From assembly GCF_963921235.1 (NCBI RefSeq), contig NC_086097.1, forward strand, positions 247,630,001 to 247,694,000: a stretch of DNA of 64,000 bases, given 5' to 3'. Both the position numbers and the translations under genes were made by a program. Under the pieces are notes generated by a model, which searched no databases, was not told the origin of the DNA, and saw only the letters and a list, made by a program, of their open reading frames with translations. This DNA is from Mobula hypostoma (taxonomy: Eukaryota). This document shows, piece after piece, positions 34,366 through 46,344 of this stretch. Numbering within the stretch: the stretch's first letter is position 1; every line of letters begins with the position of its first letter.

Positions 34366-35770
34366 AAGCTTTTTCCTTCCCTTCTTTACATCTGCTCAGT
34401 TAGGACAGTCGAGATGCCAGACAGGGACAGTGGAATGCTCCTCTTGTGAGAGGTGGAAAGGCAGAAAGATCTCCAGTGTCCCTGACGACTACAACTGAGA
34501 GAAGCTCATCCAGCTGCTGCTTCTAGAAATCCACATTAAGGAATCAGAGCTGGAACTGGATGAACTTGGATCCTTCGGGAGGCTGAAGGGGCGATAGATA
34601 GGATATATAGAGAGATAATTACACCCAAGGTGCAGGACACAGGAAACTGGGTGACAGTCAGGAAGGGGAAAGGGGTTAAAGAGCCAGTGCAGAGTACCCC
34701 TGTGGCCATCCCCTCAAAAGAAGTTATATCACTTTGGATACTGTTGGGGAGGGGAAAGTCACAGTGGTTGGGTCTCTGGCACTGAGTCTGCCTCTGTGAC
34801 TCAGAAGTGGGTGGGGATGAAGAGACATACTGTGGTTATGGGAATGGACAGGAGGTTCTCTGGGTGAGAAAGAGGTTCCCGGATGGTATGTTGCCTCCCA
34901 GGTGCAGGGTTCTGGAACATCTCAGATTGAGCATTCTGAAGCATGAGTGTGAGCAGCTGGAGGTCGTGGTCCATGTAGGTACCAATGACATGGGTAGGAC
35001 CAGTGAAGAGGTTCTGCTTAGAGAGTTCAGGGGTTACGTGCTAAGTTAAAGGGCAGGACCTTCAGGGTTGTGATCTCAGGGTTGCTACCCATGCCACGTG
35101 CTAGTGAGGCCAGAACTAGGACGTTCATATGACTTAACACGTGGCTAAAGAGTTGGTGAAAGAAGGCGGGCATAAGATTTTTGGATCATTGGGATCTCTT
35201 CCAGGGAAGATGAGACCTGTACATAAGCGATGGTTTGCACCTGAACTGGACAGGGACTAATATCCTAGTGGGAAGGTTTGTTAATGCTGCACGGTGGGGT
35301 TTAAACTAGAGTTGCAGGGGGATGGGAACCAGAGTGCCAGAACAGTTAGGGGAGAGGTTATGGAGGCTGATGTTGGTAAGACCTCAGACAAAGTCAGGAA
35401 TCAAAAGGTTGAGCATGGTGTGACTAGTGTCCCAAGCTACGTATATTTCAATGCAAGAAGTATCGTAGGAAAGGCAGATGAACTCAGGCTATGGATCCAC
35501 TCGCTTCCACTCTGTCACGTCTAAAACAACAGAACCCTGGAATATTGAGCTGCCAGTCCTGCCCCCCCTGCAATCAAGTCTCATTAATGGCCACAAGGTC
35601 AAGACCTGGAATTATGACCTTGTGGCCATTAATGAGACTTGATTGCAGGGGGGGCAGGACTGGCAGCTCAATATTCCAGGGTTCTGTTGTTTTAGACGTG
35701 ACAGAGTGGAAGCGATTAAAGTTAGAGGGGAGGTATTACTAGTCAGGGAAAATGCGAAGGCAGTGCACTA
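34366..35770 (+). mobile_element. CR1 5' region: ORF1 (zinc finger/leucine zipper + SGNH esterase) and start of ORF2 endonuclease, decayed
   Basis: VECSSC...VPDDY...LELDEL; VVVHVGTNDMGR; DGLHLNW; VYFNARSIVGKADELR. Confidence 0.85.
35501..35715. repeat. Perfect 101-bp inverted repeat with 13-nt spacer
   Basis: 35501-35601 is the exact reverse complement of 35615-35715; spacer AGACCTGGAATTA. Confidence 0.95.
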
Positions 35771-36014
35771 TAGAAGATGTTGCTGAGGTCTTACTTGTGA
35801 AGCTTTGCATCTTTCCTGCAGGTAGGTGACCTACAGTTTGAGGGGAACTTCACTGCGAGGATGTAAAGATTGTGGAATCAGCTGCCAACGCAAGTAGAAG
35901 ATGCACAGTTGCCCAAATCTGCTCCTTTTATCCTTTCTCCCGACTTCCGTACAGTTCTGGCCCGATACACAAACCTCTCGCAAGAGCTGCCGAGACTAGC
36001 TTTTATTTGGGCAA

Positions 36015-36978
36015 GGAACCAGGGTAGGATTTACACAGTGAGTGGTAGGGCACTGAGGGGTGAGGAACACCAAAAGGATCTGGGAATACAGGCCCATAGT
36101 TCATTGAAAGTGGCATCACAGGTAGAGAGGGTCATAAAGAAAGCTTTTGGCACATTGACTTTCATAAATCAAAATATTGAGTACAGAAGATAGAATGTTA
36201 TGTTGACGTTGTATAAGACATTGGTGAGGTCTTACTTGGAGTATCGAGTGCAGATTTGGTCAACTACCTACAGAAAAGATGTAAATAAGGTTGAAAGTGT
36301 ACAGAGAAATTTTACAAGGATGTTGCTGGGACTGGAGGACCTCAGTTATAGGCAAAGGTTGAATAGGTTAGGACTGTAGTTGTTAGAATGTAGAAGATTA
36401 AGAGGAGATTTGATAGAGTTATACAAAACTATGAAGAGTATAGATAGGGTAAATGCAAGTAGGCTTTTTCCATTGAGGTTGGGTGGGACTACAACTAGAG
36501 ATCATGGTTTAAGGGTGAAAGGTGAAAAGTTAAAGGGGAACATGATGGATAACTTCTTCACTCAGAGGGTTGTGGGAGTGTGGAATGAGCTGCCAGCACA
36601 ACTGGTCTGTGTGAGCTCGATTTCAACATTTAAGAGAAGTGTGGATAGCTACATGGATAGTAGGGGTATGGAGGGCTATGGTCCCAGTGCAGGTTCAGTA
36701 TGGACTAGCAACACACATCAAAGTTGCTGGTGAATGCAGCAGGCCAGGCAGCATCTCTAGGAACAGGTACAGTCGACGTTTCAGGCCGAGACCCGAAGGG
36801 TCTCGGCCTGAAACGTCAACTGTACCTCTTCCTAGAGATGCTGCCTGGCCTGCTGCGTTCACCAGCAACTTTGATGTGCGTTGCTTGAATTTCCAGCATC
36901 TGCAGTATTCCTCGTGTTCAGTATGGACTAGATGGGCCGAAGGGCCTGTTTCTGTGCTGTAGTGTTCTATGATTCTAT
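36015..36978 (+). mobile_element. CR1 ORF2 3' part, containing a Penelope hairpin insertion
   Basis: KDLGIQAHSSLKVASQV, RRLRGDLIELYK, FFTQRVVGVWN; tail TTCTATGATTCTA. Confidence 0.88.
36709..36915. mobile_element. Palindromic (inverted) Penelope-like insertion with 16-bp TSD
   Basis: Arms 36709-36794 and 36798-36883 (86 bp, 4 mismatches by eye, GAA loop); TSD GTTCAGTATGGACTAG at 36693-36708 and 36916-36931. Confidence 0.92.
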
Positions 36979-37589
36979 TAGCATCTCTGCTTTCTTGGAT
37001 GTTTAAGTAGATTTGGTAGATTCACCAATATCAAGACTTATTGATTTATTACCATTTAAAAGGCAATCTGAAATTTTTTTCATTCACATTTATTCTATCT
37101 GCCATTCTATAGCCTACCTATATCCCCTGAAACTACTCGCTCTATCCTTTCACAATTCTTTGTGCCCAATTTTGTATTATTAGCAAATTAATTACTGCAT
37201 ACTTTGAGCCCCATTCACACTATTCTATACAACATTACTGCTTACAGTTTGCAGGTCTCTGCTCACTGCCGTCATTGGGAAGGAGGTACAGAAGCCCTAG
37301 GTCCCTCAGCACCAGGCTTAGAAACAATTATTACTCTACAACTATCAAGCTTCACTCGCCTCAACTCTGAACTGATTCTACAACCTACGTACAAACTTTC
37401 AAGGCCTCCACAACTCATGTTTTCAGTATTTTTTAAATTTGCAAAAGTTATCTTTATTTGGTCATTCACAATCAGTTCATAAATCTTATTGTATTTATTT
37501 ATTTTCATGTAAATGCCTGCAACAATGTGAATATCAAGGTAGTAACATATACATTTTTAATAGTAAATTTTACTTTGACTTTGAATTGA

Positions 37590-38118
37590 GATAAGACCTT
37601 AAGACCATATGACAGGGGAACAGAATTAGGGCATTCAGCCCATCAAATCTGCTCTGTCATTCCATCTTGGCTAACTTATTATCCCACCCCGTCCTATTCT
37701 CCTGCCTTGTAACCTTTGACATCCCTACTAATCAAGAACCTATTAACTTCCAATTTACATATAGCCAATGGCAACTCCACAGCTGTCTGTGGCAATGAAT
37801 TCCACAGATTCACCTGCTAAGGGAATTCCTCCTCATCTCTGTTCTAAATGGATGTTCCTCTATTCTGATACAGTTCCCTCCAGTCCTGGTCTCTCCCTCT
37901 GCGGGAAACATCCTCTCTAAGTCCACTCTATCTTGACTTTTCAAGAATCAATAGGTTTCAGTGAGGTCACACCTCATTCATCCGAACTGTAGTGAGTGTA
38001 ATCTGAGAGCTATCAAATGTGTTACTTCATTCCAGGGTTCATTCTCGAGAACCTCCCCGCGACCCTCTCCAATGCCAGCACATCCTTTGTTTGATAAGAA
38101 ATTGCTCACCATACTCCA
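37590..38118 (-). mobile_element. CR1 3' fragment, decayed
   Basis: (TCTTATGG)-type tail and GTGAATCTGTGGAA motif on the minus strand. Confidence 0.75.
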
Positions 38119-38489
38119 AGGTTTCAAGATCAGCACCAGAGGTTGGAGAGAAACACTAGTATTGAAACCTTTAAACCTTATAATTGGAGATCGGGAGTAG
38201 GTTCAGAGGAATGGGTGTAATGAGGTAGAAATTCACTGTAAACTGATGACAGATTCTTCCTTGAATATGAGAGGAGTGTCTTCCTGGATATGCTTCACTT
38301 GGTGAAATTTGTTTTTCGAAGTTGATTTTCCCATTAGTTTCACAGAATCAAATATTGCTGTGATGATTGTACGCTCTAGTATCAATTGTTTGGCGACAAT
38401 AAAATAAAGTGAAAAAGAACCTGGGCTGTGTACCCACAGCTGAAGAAATTCAATCAGAAAAATCTAAACATCTAAAAAGTAAAAGTAAG

Positions 38490-39962
38490 CTCCTTGCTTC
38501 TGTCTAAGATCCCCTCGTGTTTTAAGAAGGCAACGATAATCCCGGTGTCGAAGAAGAGCAAGGTGGCATGCCTGAATGACTATCGACCTGTGGCTCTGAC
38601 ATCAATTGCTATGAAGTGCTTCGAGAGATTGGTTATGGCACACATCAGCCACAGCCTACCGGTCAACCTCAACGCTTTGCAATTCGCCTACCGGAGCAAC
38701 AGGTCAACGGCAGATGCCATCTCTCTGGCTCTACATTCCTCTTTAGAACACCTGGAGAATAAAGACGCATAGGTAAGGCTCCTTTTCATTGACTACAGCT
38801 CCGCCTTTAATACCATCATTCCAAATAAACTGATTCCTAAGCTCCAGAACCTGGGCCTTAGCCCTCAGATCTGCAGCTGGATCTTCAACTTCCTCACAGA
38901 CAGGACTTAGGCTGTAAAAATAGGGGACAAGCTCTCCTCTACAATCACTCTGAGCACCGGTACCCCACAAGGCTGTGTACTCAGCCCCCTGCTGTACTCA
39001 CTGTACACCCATGATTGTGTAGCCAAGTTTCCATCGAACTCAATATATAAGTTTGCTGATGACACAACAATTGTAGGCCATATCTCGAGTAATGATGTGT
39101 TTGAGTACAGAGAGGAAATTAAGAACCTGGTGGCATGGTGCGAAGACAATAACCTAACCCTCAACGTCAGCAAGACGAAGGAATTGGTTGTTGACTTCAG
39201 AAGGAGTAGCGGACTGCTTGACCCCATTTACATCAGTGGTGCGCAAGTGGAACAGGTCAAAAGCTTTAAGTTCTTCGGGGTCAATATCACAAATGACCTG
39301 ATTTGGTCCAACCAAGCAGAGTCCACTGCCAAGAAGGCCCACCAGCGCCTTTACTTCCTGAGAAAGCTAAAGAAATTTGGCCTGTCCCCTAAAACCCTCA
39401 CTAATTTTTATAGGTGCACTGTAGAAAGCATTCTTCTAGGGTGCATCACAACCTGGAATGGAAGTTGTCCTGTCCAAGACCAGAAGAAGCTGCAAAAGAT
39501 CATGAACACAGCCCAGCACATCACACAAACCAATCTTCCGTCCTTGGACTCACTTTACACTGCACGCTGTCGGAGCAGTGCTGCCAGGATAATTAAGGAC
39601 ACGACCCACCCAGCCAACACATTTTTCATCCCCCTTCCCTCCGGGAGAAGGCTCAGGTGCTTGAAGACTTGTACGGCCAGATTTGGGAACATATTCTTTC
39701 CAACTGTGATAAGACTGCTGAACGGATCCTGACCCGGATTTGGGCCGTACCCTCCAAATATCCGGACCTGCCTCTCGGTTTTTTTTTGCACTACCTTACT
39801 TCCCCTTTTCTATATTTTATTTATGATTTATAATTTAAAGTTTTAATATTTACTATCGATTTGTACTCCAGGGAGCGCGAAGCGCAGAATCAAATATCGC
39901 TGATTGTACGCTCTAGTATCAATTGTTTGGTAAAGTAAAGTAAAGTAAAAGTAAAGTAAAGC
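38490..39962 (+). mobile_element. Rex1/Babar LINE, 5'-truncated, relatively young
   Basis: [56 protein letters not shown]; two in-frame TAG stops (38770, ~38908); (TAAAG)n tail. Confidence 0.94.
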
Positions 39963-40404
39963 AAAGATAATAAAATTTGTTTAAATAACAATTACACCTT
40001 AAATTAAGACACGAGGTACCTACATAATGTATGTTCTTAGGGTCAAGATTCTGGGAGGTCTTAACAGGGTGGAATATGGAGAGTCTATAGAACACAGAAC
40101 TCTAGAGCATTGTGCAGGCCCTTCTTCAACCTTCTAACCTATTCTAAGATCAATCTAACCCTTCCTTCTCATATAGCCTTTCATTTTTCTATTATCCATG
40201 TGCCTAACTAAAAGTCTCTTAAATGTCTGAATGTATCTGCCTCTACTACCACCCCTGGTGGTTAGTGTAGTGGTTAGTGTAATTCTATTACAGTGCCAGT
40301 GACCCACGCTCAAATCCATCACTTTCTGAAAGGGTTTGTAAGTTTTCCCCGAGACTGCATGAGTTTCCTCTGGGCATTCCCGTTTCCTCCCGCATTCCAA
40401 AGCC

Positions 40405-41128
40405 AGAATATAGTATTAATGGTCAGACTCTCGGCAGTGTGGAGGATCAGAGGGATCTTGGGGTCCCAGTCCATAGGACACTCAAAGCAGCTGCGCACGT
40501 TGACTCTGTGGTTAAGAAGTTGTACAGTATATTGGCCTTCATCAATCGTGGAATTGAATTTAGGAGACAAGAGGTAATGTTGCAGCTATATAGGACCCTG
40601 GTCCGACCCCACTTGGAGTACTGTGCTCAGTTCTGGTCATCTCCATAGAAAAGGTGCAGAGGAGAGTTACAAGATTGTTGCCTGGATTGGGGAGCATGCC
40701 TTATGAAAACAGGTTGAGTGAATTCAGCTTTTTCTCCTTGGAGCGACAGAGGATGAGAGGTGACCTGACAGAGGTGTATAAGATGATGAGAGGCATTGAT
40801 CGTGTGGATAGTCAGAGGCTTTTTTCCAGGGCTGAAATGGTTGCCACAAGAGGACACAAGGTTTAAGGTGCTGGGGAGCAGGTACAGAGGAGATGTCAGG
40901 GGTAAGTTTTTTACTCAGAAAGTGGTGAATGTGTGGAATGGGCTGCCGGCAATGGTGGTGGAGGCGGATACGATAGGGTCTTTTAAGAGCCTTTTGGATA
41001 GGTACATGGAACTTAGAAAAATAGAAGGCTATGGGGAAGTCTAGTAACTTCTAAGTTAGGGACATGTTCGGCACAACTTTGTGGGCCAAAGGCCCTGTAT
41101 TGTGCTGTAGGTTTTCTGTGTTTCTATG
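40405..41128 (+). mobile_element. CR1 3' part, inserted between the head (~40255-40400) and tail (~41130-41215) of a SINE
   Basis: EDQRDLGVPVH, RPHLEYCAQFWS, FFTQKVVNVWN. Confidence 0.88.
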
Positions 41129-41415
41129 ATGCATGGGTAACAATGGGTGGCATTTGGAAGCACTGGCCATTGGGCTGGAAGGGCCTGTAATCATGATGTA
41201 TCTCAAAATAAATAAAAGTAAATTTATTATCAAAATATGTATTTATCACCATATACTACCCTGAGATTTTCTGCAGGCATTCACAGTGGAACAAAGAAAT
41301 ACAATAGAATCAATGAAAAACTACACACAAATAAACACTGACAAATAACCAATGTGCAAAAGAAGACATACAAAAAAATAAAAAATGCAAACAAGTAAGT
41401 AAATAAGTAAGTGTT

Positions 41416-41722
41416 GGTGCGTGGCCAAATGGTTAAGGCGTCTAGTGATCTGAAGGTCGCTAGTTCGAGCCTCAGCTGAGGCAGCGTGCTGTGTCCTTGA
41501 GCAAGGCACTTAACCACACATTGCTCTGCAATGACACTGGTGTATCAACGACCAAGCTGTATCGGCCCTAGTGCCCTTCCCTTGGACAACATCGGTGGTG
41601 TGGATTCGAGGAGACTTGCAGCATGGGCAACTGCCAGTCTTCCATACAACCTTGCCCAGGCCTGCGCCCTGGAAACCTTCCAAGGCGCAAATCCATGTTC
41701 TCACGAGACTAACTGATGCCTA
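41416..41722 (+). mobile_element. Composite SINE: tRNA head + CORE-like domain + bipartite RTE tail
   Basis: A-box TGGCCAAATGG (41422), B-box GTTCGAGCC (41463), CORE-like GTGTCCTTGAGCAAGGCACTTAACC (41491). 41526-41673 matches RTE 5' UTR 13292-13426; 41676-41720 matches RTE 3' end 16869-16913. Confidence 0.88.
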
Positions 41723-41999
41723 TAAATAAATAGCACTGAGATCATAAGTTGCAGAGTCCTTGAAAGGTTGTAGAATCAGTTCTGTGTTTCATGTACCCAC
41801 TACCCTGTGTTTAAACTTACTTCTGACATCCTCCTTACACTCCTGTATGAGAATCCGGAACCATGAGTCACCACCTCAAATCTAAGACACACCCTGTATA
41901 AGACAGTGATGAGGTGTTCTCTCAGACAATCGAAGGCCCATGGAAGCTGAATCACCTTTATGGTCAATTCTTGATCAGAAAGGGAATAAAGGCTTTACC

Positions 42000-43142
42000 A
42001 GTTTTGGGCAGATGAGGCTCATCTAGCAGCAGGAAAACTCTGATCTCAAACCTCCACTGCCTTATGGCTATACCCACTGTTACGTACCCCGTAACTGGGT
42101 TGCCAAACCAGCAGAAATGGATCACTCAGTTGGAGTCTGGAGTACTAGAACTAAGAAAGTTTTATTAAAGAAACAAGCAACACATTAATCGAAAGGATAA
42201 TAAATGCAACAGTTCAGCGATGATAAACGCACATGTGCACAGAATTAAGATAACAGCATCAATCAAGCTCTATCGTTGTCTAGGGGTAAATGACCAATTT
42301 CAAAATGACTCAAAGTTCAGTCCAGTTAGTAGTCCAGTTCGCAGTAATCGTTGCCATGGCGATGGACAAGGTGGGGGAAGAGAGACATAGAATAGGAACA
42401 ACTGATCATTCAGAACACTGCTTCACTCACAGACCAGCGAGATGGCTCACAAACAGCATTTGGGCGGGTCCTTGGTGATGTCACCTGAGGTCACCGACTG
42501 TGACCCCTCCTCCAGATGCGGTCGATCCTCTGCAGTGAACCCGGCACCCAGGCAAGGGCGGACACACACCGGGTTCCCGCTGATCGTACCTTTCCACCCT
42601 TGTCGTTGTCTGGCACTTCTCACCCACTCGTGAGAGGCGCACCGCTTCCAGGGTCTCGTTACCTCGGGTGGCGTGTGTCCCTGTCTTAGCGAACCTGTCC
42701 CTTTTTATCCCCCTGCTGGGGTATCGCCTGTCCATCACTTCAAACAGTTCAGGGTTCAAAGGGGGGAGCCGCTCCAGACAGCTCTCTCTCCCACATCCCT
42801 TCATTACACATCTCCAGACGCTGCTCCATTGTTCCTTATCTCTCCTTCCCCTGAGGGCAGGTGGCAGACCAACTGCTGATGCCACTGATGCTAGCCCAGG
42901 CCAGCAAACATCTTAATTTTATGTGTATTCTCGTAACACCACTCATGGGAACGGCTCCAGGAGTAAACCCTGAAAAAAAATACAGAGCTGGAGTCCCTAA
43001 GGCAGTCTTATGTTGAGTTCAACACTGATTGGCAATTCCTGCGACATTGCTGGTGCAAAACTGTATTGGTCTCTGTTGTTCCTTTGGATTCATCAGCTGT
43101 GTGGAGAGGCCGAGCCTGCTACATGGGCAACAGCTTGCTCCT
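42000..43142 (+). mobile_element. Non-autonomous RTE 5'-UTR derivative split by a solo LTR
   Basis: 42005-42077 and 42939-43142 join into a sequence colinear with 13103-13395 and 28003-28326. Confidence 0.78.
42078..42938 (-). mobile_element. Solo LTR (Gypsy-type), 861 bp, 4-bp TSD
   Basis: Termini TGTTACG...CGTAACA (perfect 7-bp inverted repeat); TSD CCAC at 42074-42077 and 42939-42942. AATAAA on the minus strand near 42162 suggests the orientation. Confidence 0.9.
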
Positions 43143-43149
43143 CATAAAC

Positions 43150-46100
43150 CAGCAAGGAACAATCATCCTTTCCAACAAAGATATCCACATTAACTTCAAT
43201 TGTAATGAGTGAATCCAGTCCCTTATTCTGGATTGGGTGTTGTGGAATAAACCAGAATTGATTAGAGAGCTTAAGGTAAATGAATCCTTGGGGAGAGTGA
43301 TCACAATATGATCAAATTCACCCAGAAATTTGACAAGGAGAAGCTAAAGTCAGATGTATCAATATTACCAAAGAGTAAGGGGAATTACAGAGACATGAGA
43401 GAGGAGTTGGCCAGAATTGATCGGAAAAGAATGCTGGCAGGGATGATGACAGGGCAGCAATGACTGGAATTTCTGGAAGCAACTTGGAAGGAACAGGATA
43501 TATATATGTAAGGGGTTTCTTCTTTTATGTTACTGTGTAGGCTAATTAAAATGGCTTCTTTGTTATGTTAACTACTGAGAAAGTTCTCTCGCTGGCAGCT
43601 TGTTTGGATTATGTTATCGATAAGAGAAAGAACGAACCAATTGGGATAGATGTTATTCTTTCTAATGTGTCTGTAAGTTATTGTAATGCGCGGGTTTTTG
43701 GGGAGAAGGCGCGATAGAGAGAGAATCGACAAAGTGCTGTGAGCTGGCTAACAGGTTTGGACCCCGAGCAGGAGTCCGAGGGCCAGGGTCTTCGGCGAGG
43801 CCAGGAGACAGAGACAGACTCGTGTGGAGCATCTAGTCGACCACCGTGGTTCGACCCAGGCAGCAGGTTGAGGTGGTCAGAGGGGATTGAATGGTGAAGA
43901 GAGGATCGTTACTAGAGCTCCAACTGTTGTGCACGAAGAGACTGAACTTTGATAAGTGTGGCGCCTTTTATTTTCCTTTTATATTTTATCTCTATTAATT
44001 ATATAGTCCCAGTAATATCTATAAACTGTAAATCATTTAATCGTATCTGGTGTATTGTCTGTTATTTGGCGGGGCTACACAGCATCCACACAAACTTAAT
44101 TACCCAGTTGGCGGGGCCGAGGGCTGTTTCCCCTAGACGACAGCGAGTTGAGAGAGCCTGAGGCTTGACAAGGGGCTACATACATCCCAAAGAGGAAAAC
44201 GTACTCTAATGGAAAGATATCACACCTGTGGCTAACAAAAGAAGTCAAAGCCAACATAAAAGCCAAAGAGAGGGCATATGATAGGGTAAAATTTAATGTG
44301 AAGTTAGAGGATTGGAAGCTTTTAAAAACCAACAGAAGGTAACTAAAGAAGTAATTGAGAAGGTAAAAATGAAATGCAAAAGTAAGCTAGCCAATAATAT
44401 TAAAGAGAATACCAAAAGTTTCTTCAGATACATAAAGTATAAGAGAGATGAAAAGTGGATATCGGACTGCTGGAAAATGATACTGGAGAGGTAGTAATGG
44501 GGAACAATGAAATGGTGGACAAACTGAATAAGTATTTTGTATCAGTCTTCACTGTGGAAGACACTAACAGTATGGTGGAAGTTCCAGGTGTCAGGGGACA
44601 CGAAGTGTGTGAGGTTACCATTACTAGGGAGAAGGTTCTTGGGAAACTAAAAGGTCTGAAGGTAGATAAGTCACCTGGACCGGATAGTATACACCTCAAA
44701 GTTCTGAAAGAGTTGGCTAAATAGATCATGGTGGCATTAGCAATGACCTTTCAAGAATCACTAGATTTTGGAATGGTTCCAGAAGACTGAAAAACTGCAA
44801 ATGTTACTCCACACTTCAAGAAGGGAGAAAGGCAAAAGAAAGGAAACTATTGGACAGTTAGTTGGGAAGATGCTGGAGTCGATTATTAAGGATGGGCTCT
44901 AAGGCTACTTGGATGCAGATAATAAAATAGGCTGTAGTCAGCATGGTTACTAAAGGCAATATCTTGCCTGAAAATCTATTGGAATTCTTTGAAGAAATAA
45001 CAAGCAGGATAGACAAAGGAGAAACAGTTGATTTTGTATACTTGGATTTCCAGAAGGCCTTTGACAAGGTGCCACACATGAGGCTGCTTAACAAGGTACA
45101 ATCCCATGGTATTACAACATGGATTCTAGTATGGATAAAGCAGTGGCCGATTGGCAGGAGGCGAAGAGTGGGAATAAAGGCAGCCTTTTCTGGCTGGTTG
45201 CCAGAGACTAGTGGTGTTCCACAGGGGTTTATGTTGGGACCGATTCTTTTTACGTTATATATCAATGATTTGGATGATAGAATTGGGCTTTGTTGCAAAG
45301 TTTGCAGATGATATGATGATAGATGGAGGGGTAGGTAGTGCTGAGGAAGCAATGAAATTACAGCAGGACTTAGACAGATTGGAAGAACGGGCAAAACACT
45401 GGCAGATGGAATACAGTGTTGGGAAATATATGATAATACATTTTAGTAAAAGCAACAATAGTGCGGACTATTACCTAAATGGGGAGAAGGTTCAAGCATC
45501 AGAGGTGCAGAGGGACTTAGGAGTCTTTGTGCAAGACTCCCAGAAGGTTAATTTACAGGTTGAGTCTGTAGTAAAGAAGGCAAATGCAATTTTGGCATTT
45601 ATTTCAAGGGGAATAGAATATAAAAGAAAGGAGATTATGCTGAGCCTTTATAAGACACTAGTCAGGCTGCACTTGGAGTATTGCCAAAAATTTTGGACCC
45701 CATATCTCAGAAAGGATGTGTTGTCATTGGAGAATCCAGAGGAGGTTCACGAGGATGATTCCGGGAATGAAGGGGTTAACATATGACAATCATTTGGCAG
45801 CTTTGGGTCTGTACTTACTGGAATTTAGAAGAATGTTGGGGAGGGGGGTATCTCATTGAAACCTACAAAATGTTGAAAGGACTGGATAAGGTGGATGTGG
45901 AGAAGATGTTTCCTATGGAGGAAGTATCCAGAACTAGAGGGACAGCCTCAAAATTGAGGCGACCCTTTAGAACAGATGTAAGGAGGAATTATTTTAGCCA
46001 GAGAGTAGTAAATCTGTGGAATGCTCTGCCACAGACTGCGGTGGAGGCCAAGTCCGTGGGTATATTTAAGGCGGAGGTTGATCATTTGCTGACCATTCCA

Positions 46101-46205
46101 GGCATCAAAGGATATGGGGAGAAGGCAGGTGTATGGGGTTGAGTGGGATCTGGGATCAGCCATGATGGAATGATGGGGCAGATCTGATGGGCTGCATGGC
46201 CTCTA
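43150..46205 (+). mobile_element. CR1 ORF2 (endonuclease C-terminus, RT, 3' end), decayed, with a solo LTR inserted
   Basis: [56 protein letters not shown]; many frameshifts. Confidence 0.93.
43507..44180. mobile_element. Solo LTR (Gypsy-type), 674 bp
   Basis: TGTA...TACA termini; flanks TATA/TACA (4-bp TSD, one mismatch); the CR1 frame rejoins across it. Confidence 0.82.
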
Positions 46206-46344
46206 CGATCGCTCTGTTCAGCACTGGCACCCTGTCTGTCATGCTCATGTGGCTGGTACGGATGTCTATGGAAGTTGGAGTTCTTGTGCTTCTCCTGCAT
46301 GACCTCTCTGTACCTCTCATGGATGCTGCTACGAGTTTCTCGAG

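Noticed and set aside
42290..42916. ORFs within 42078-42938
   Set aside because: They lie inside a TSD-flanked solo LTR and show no recognisable motifs.
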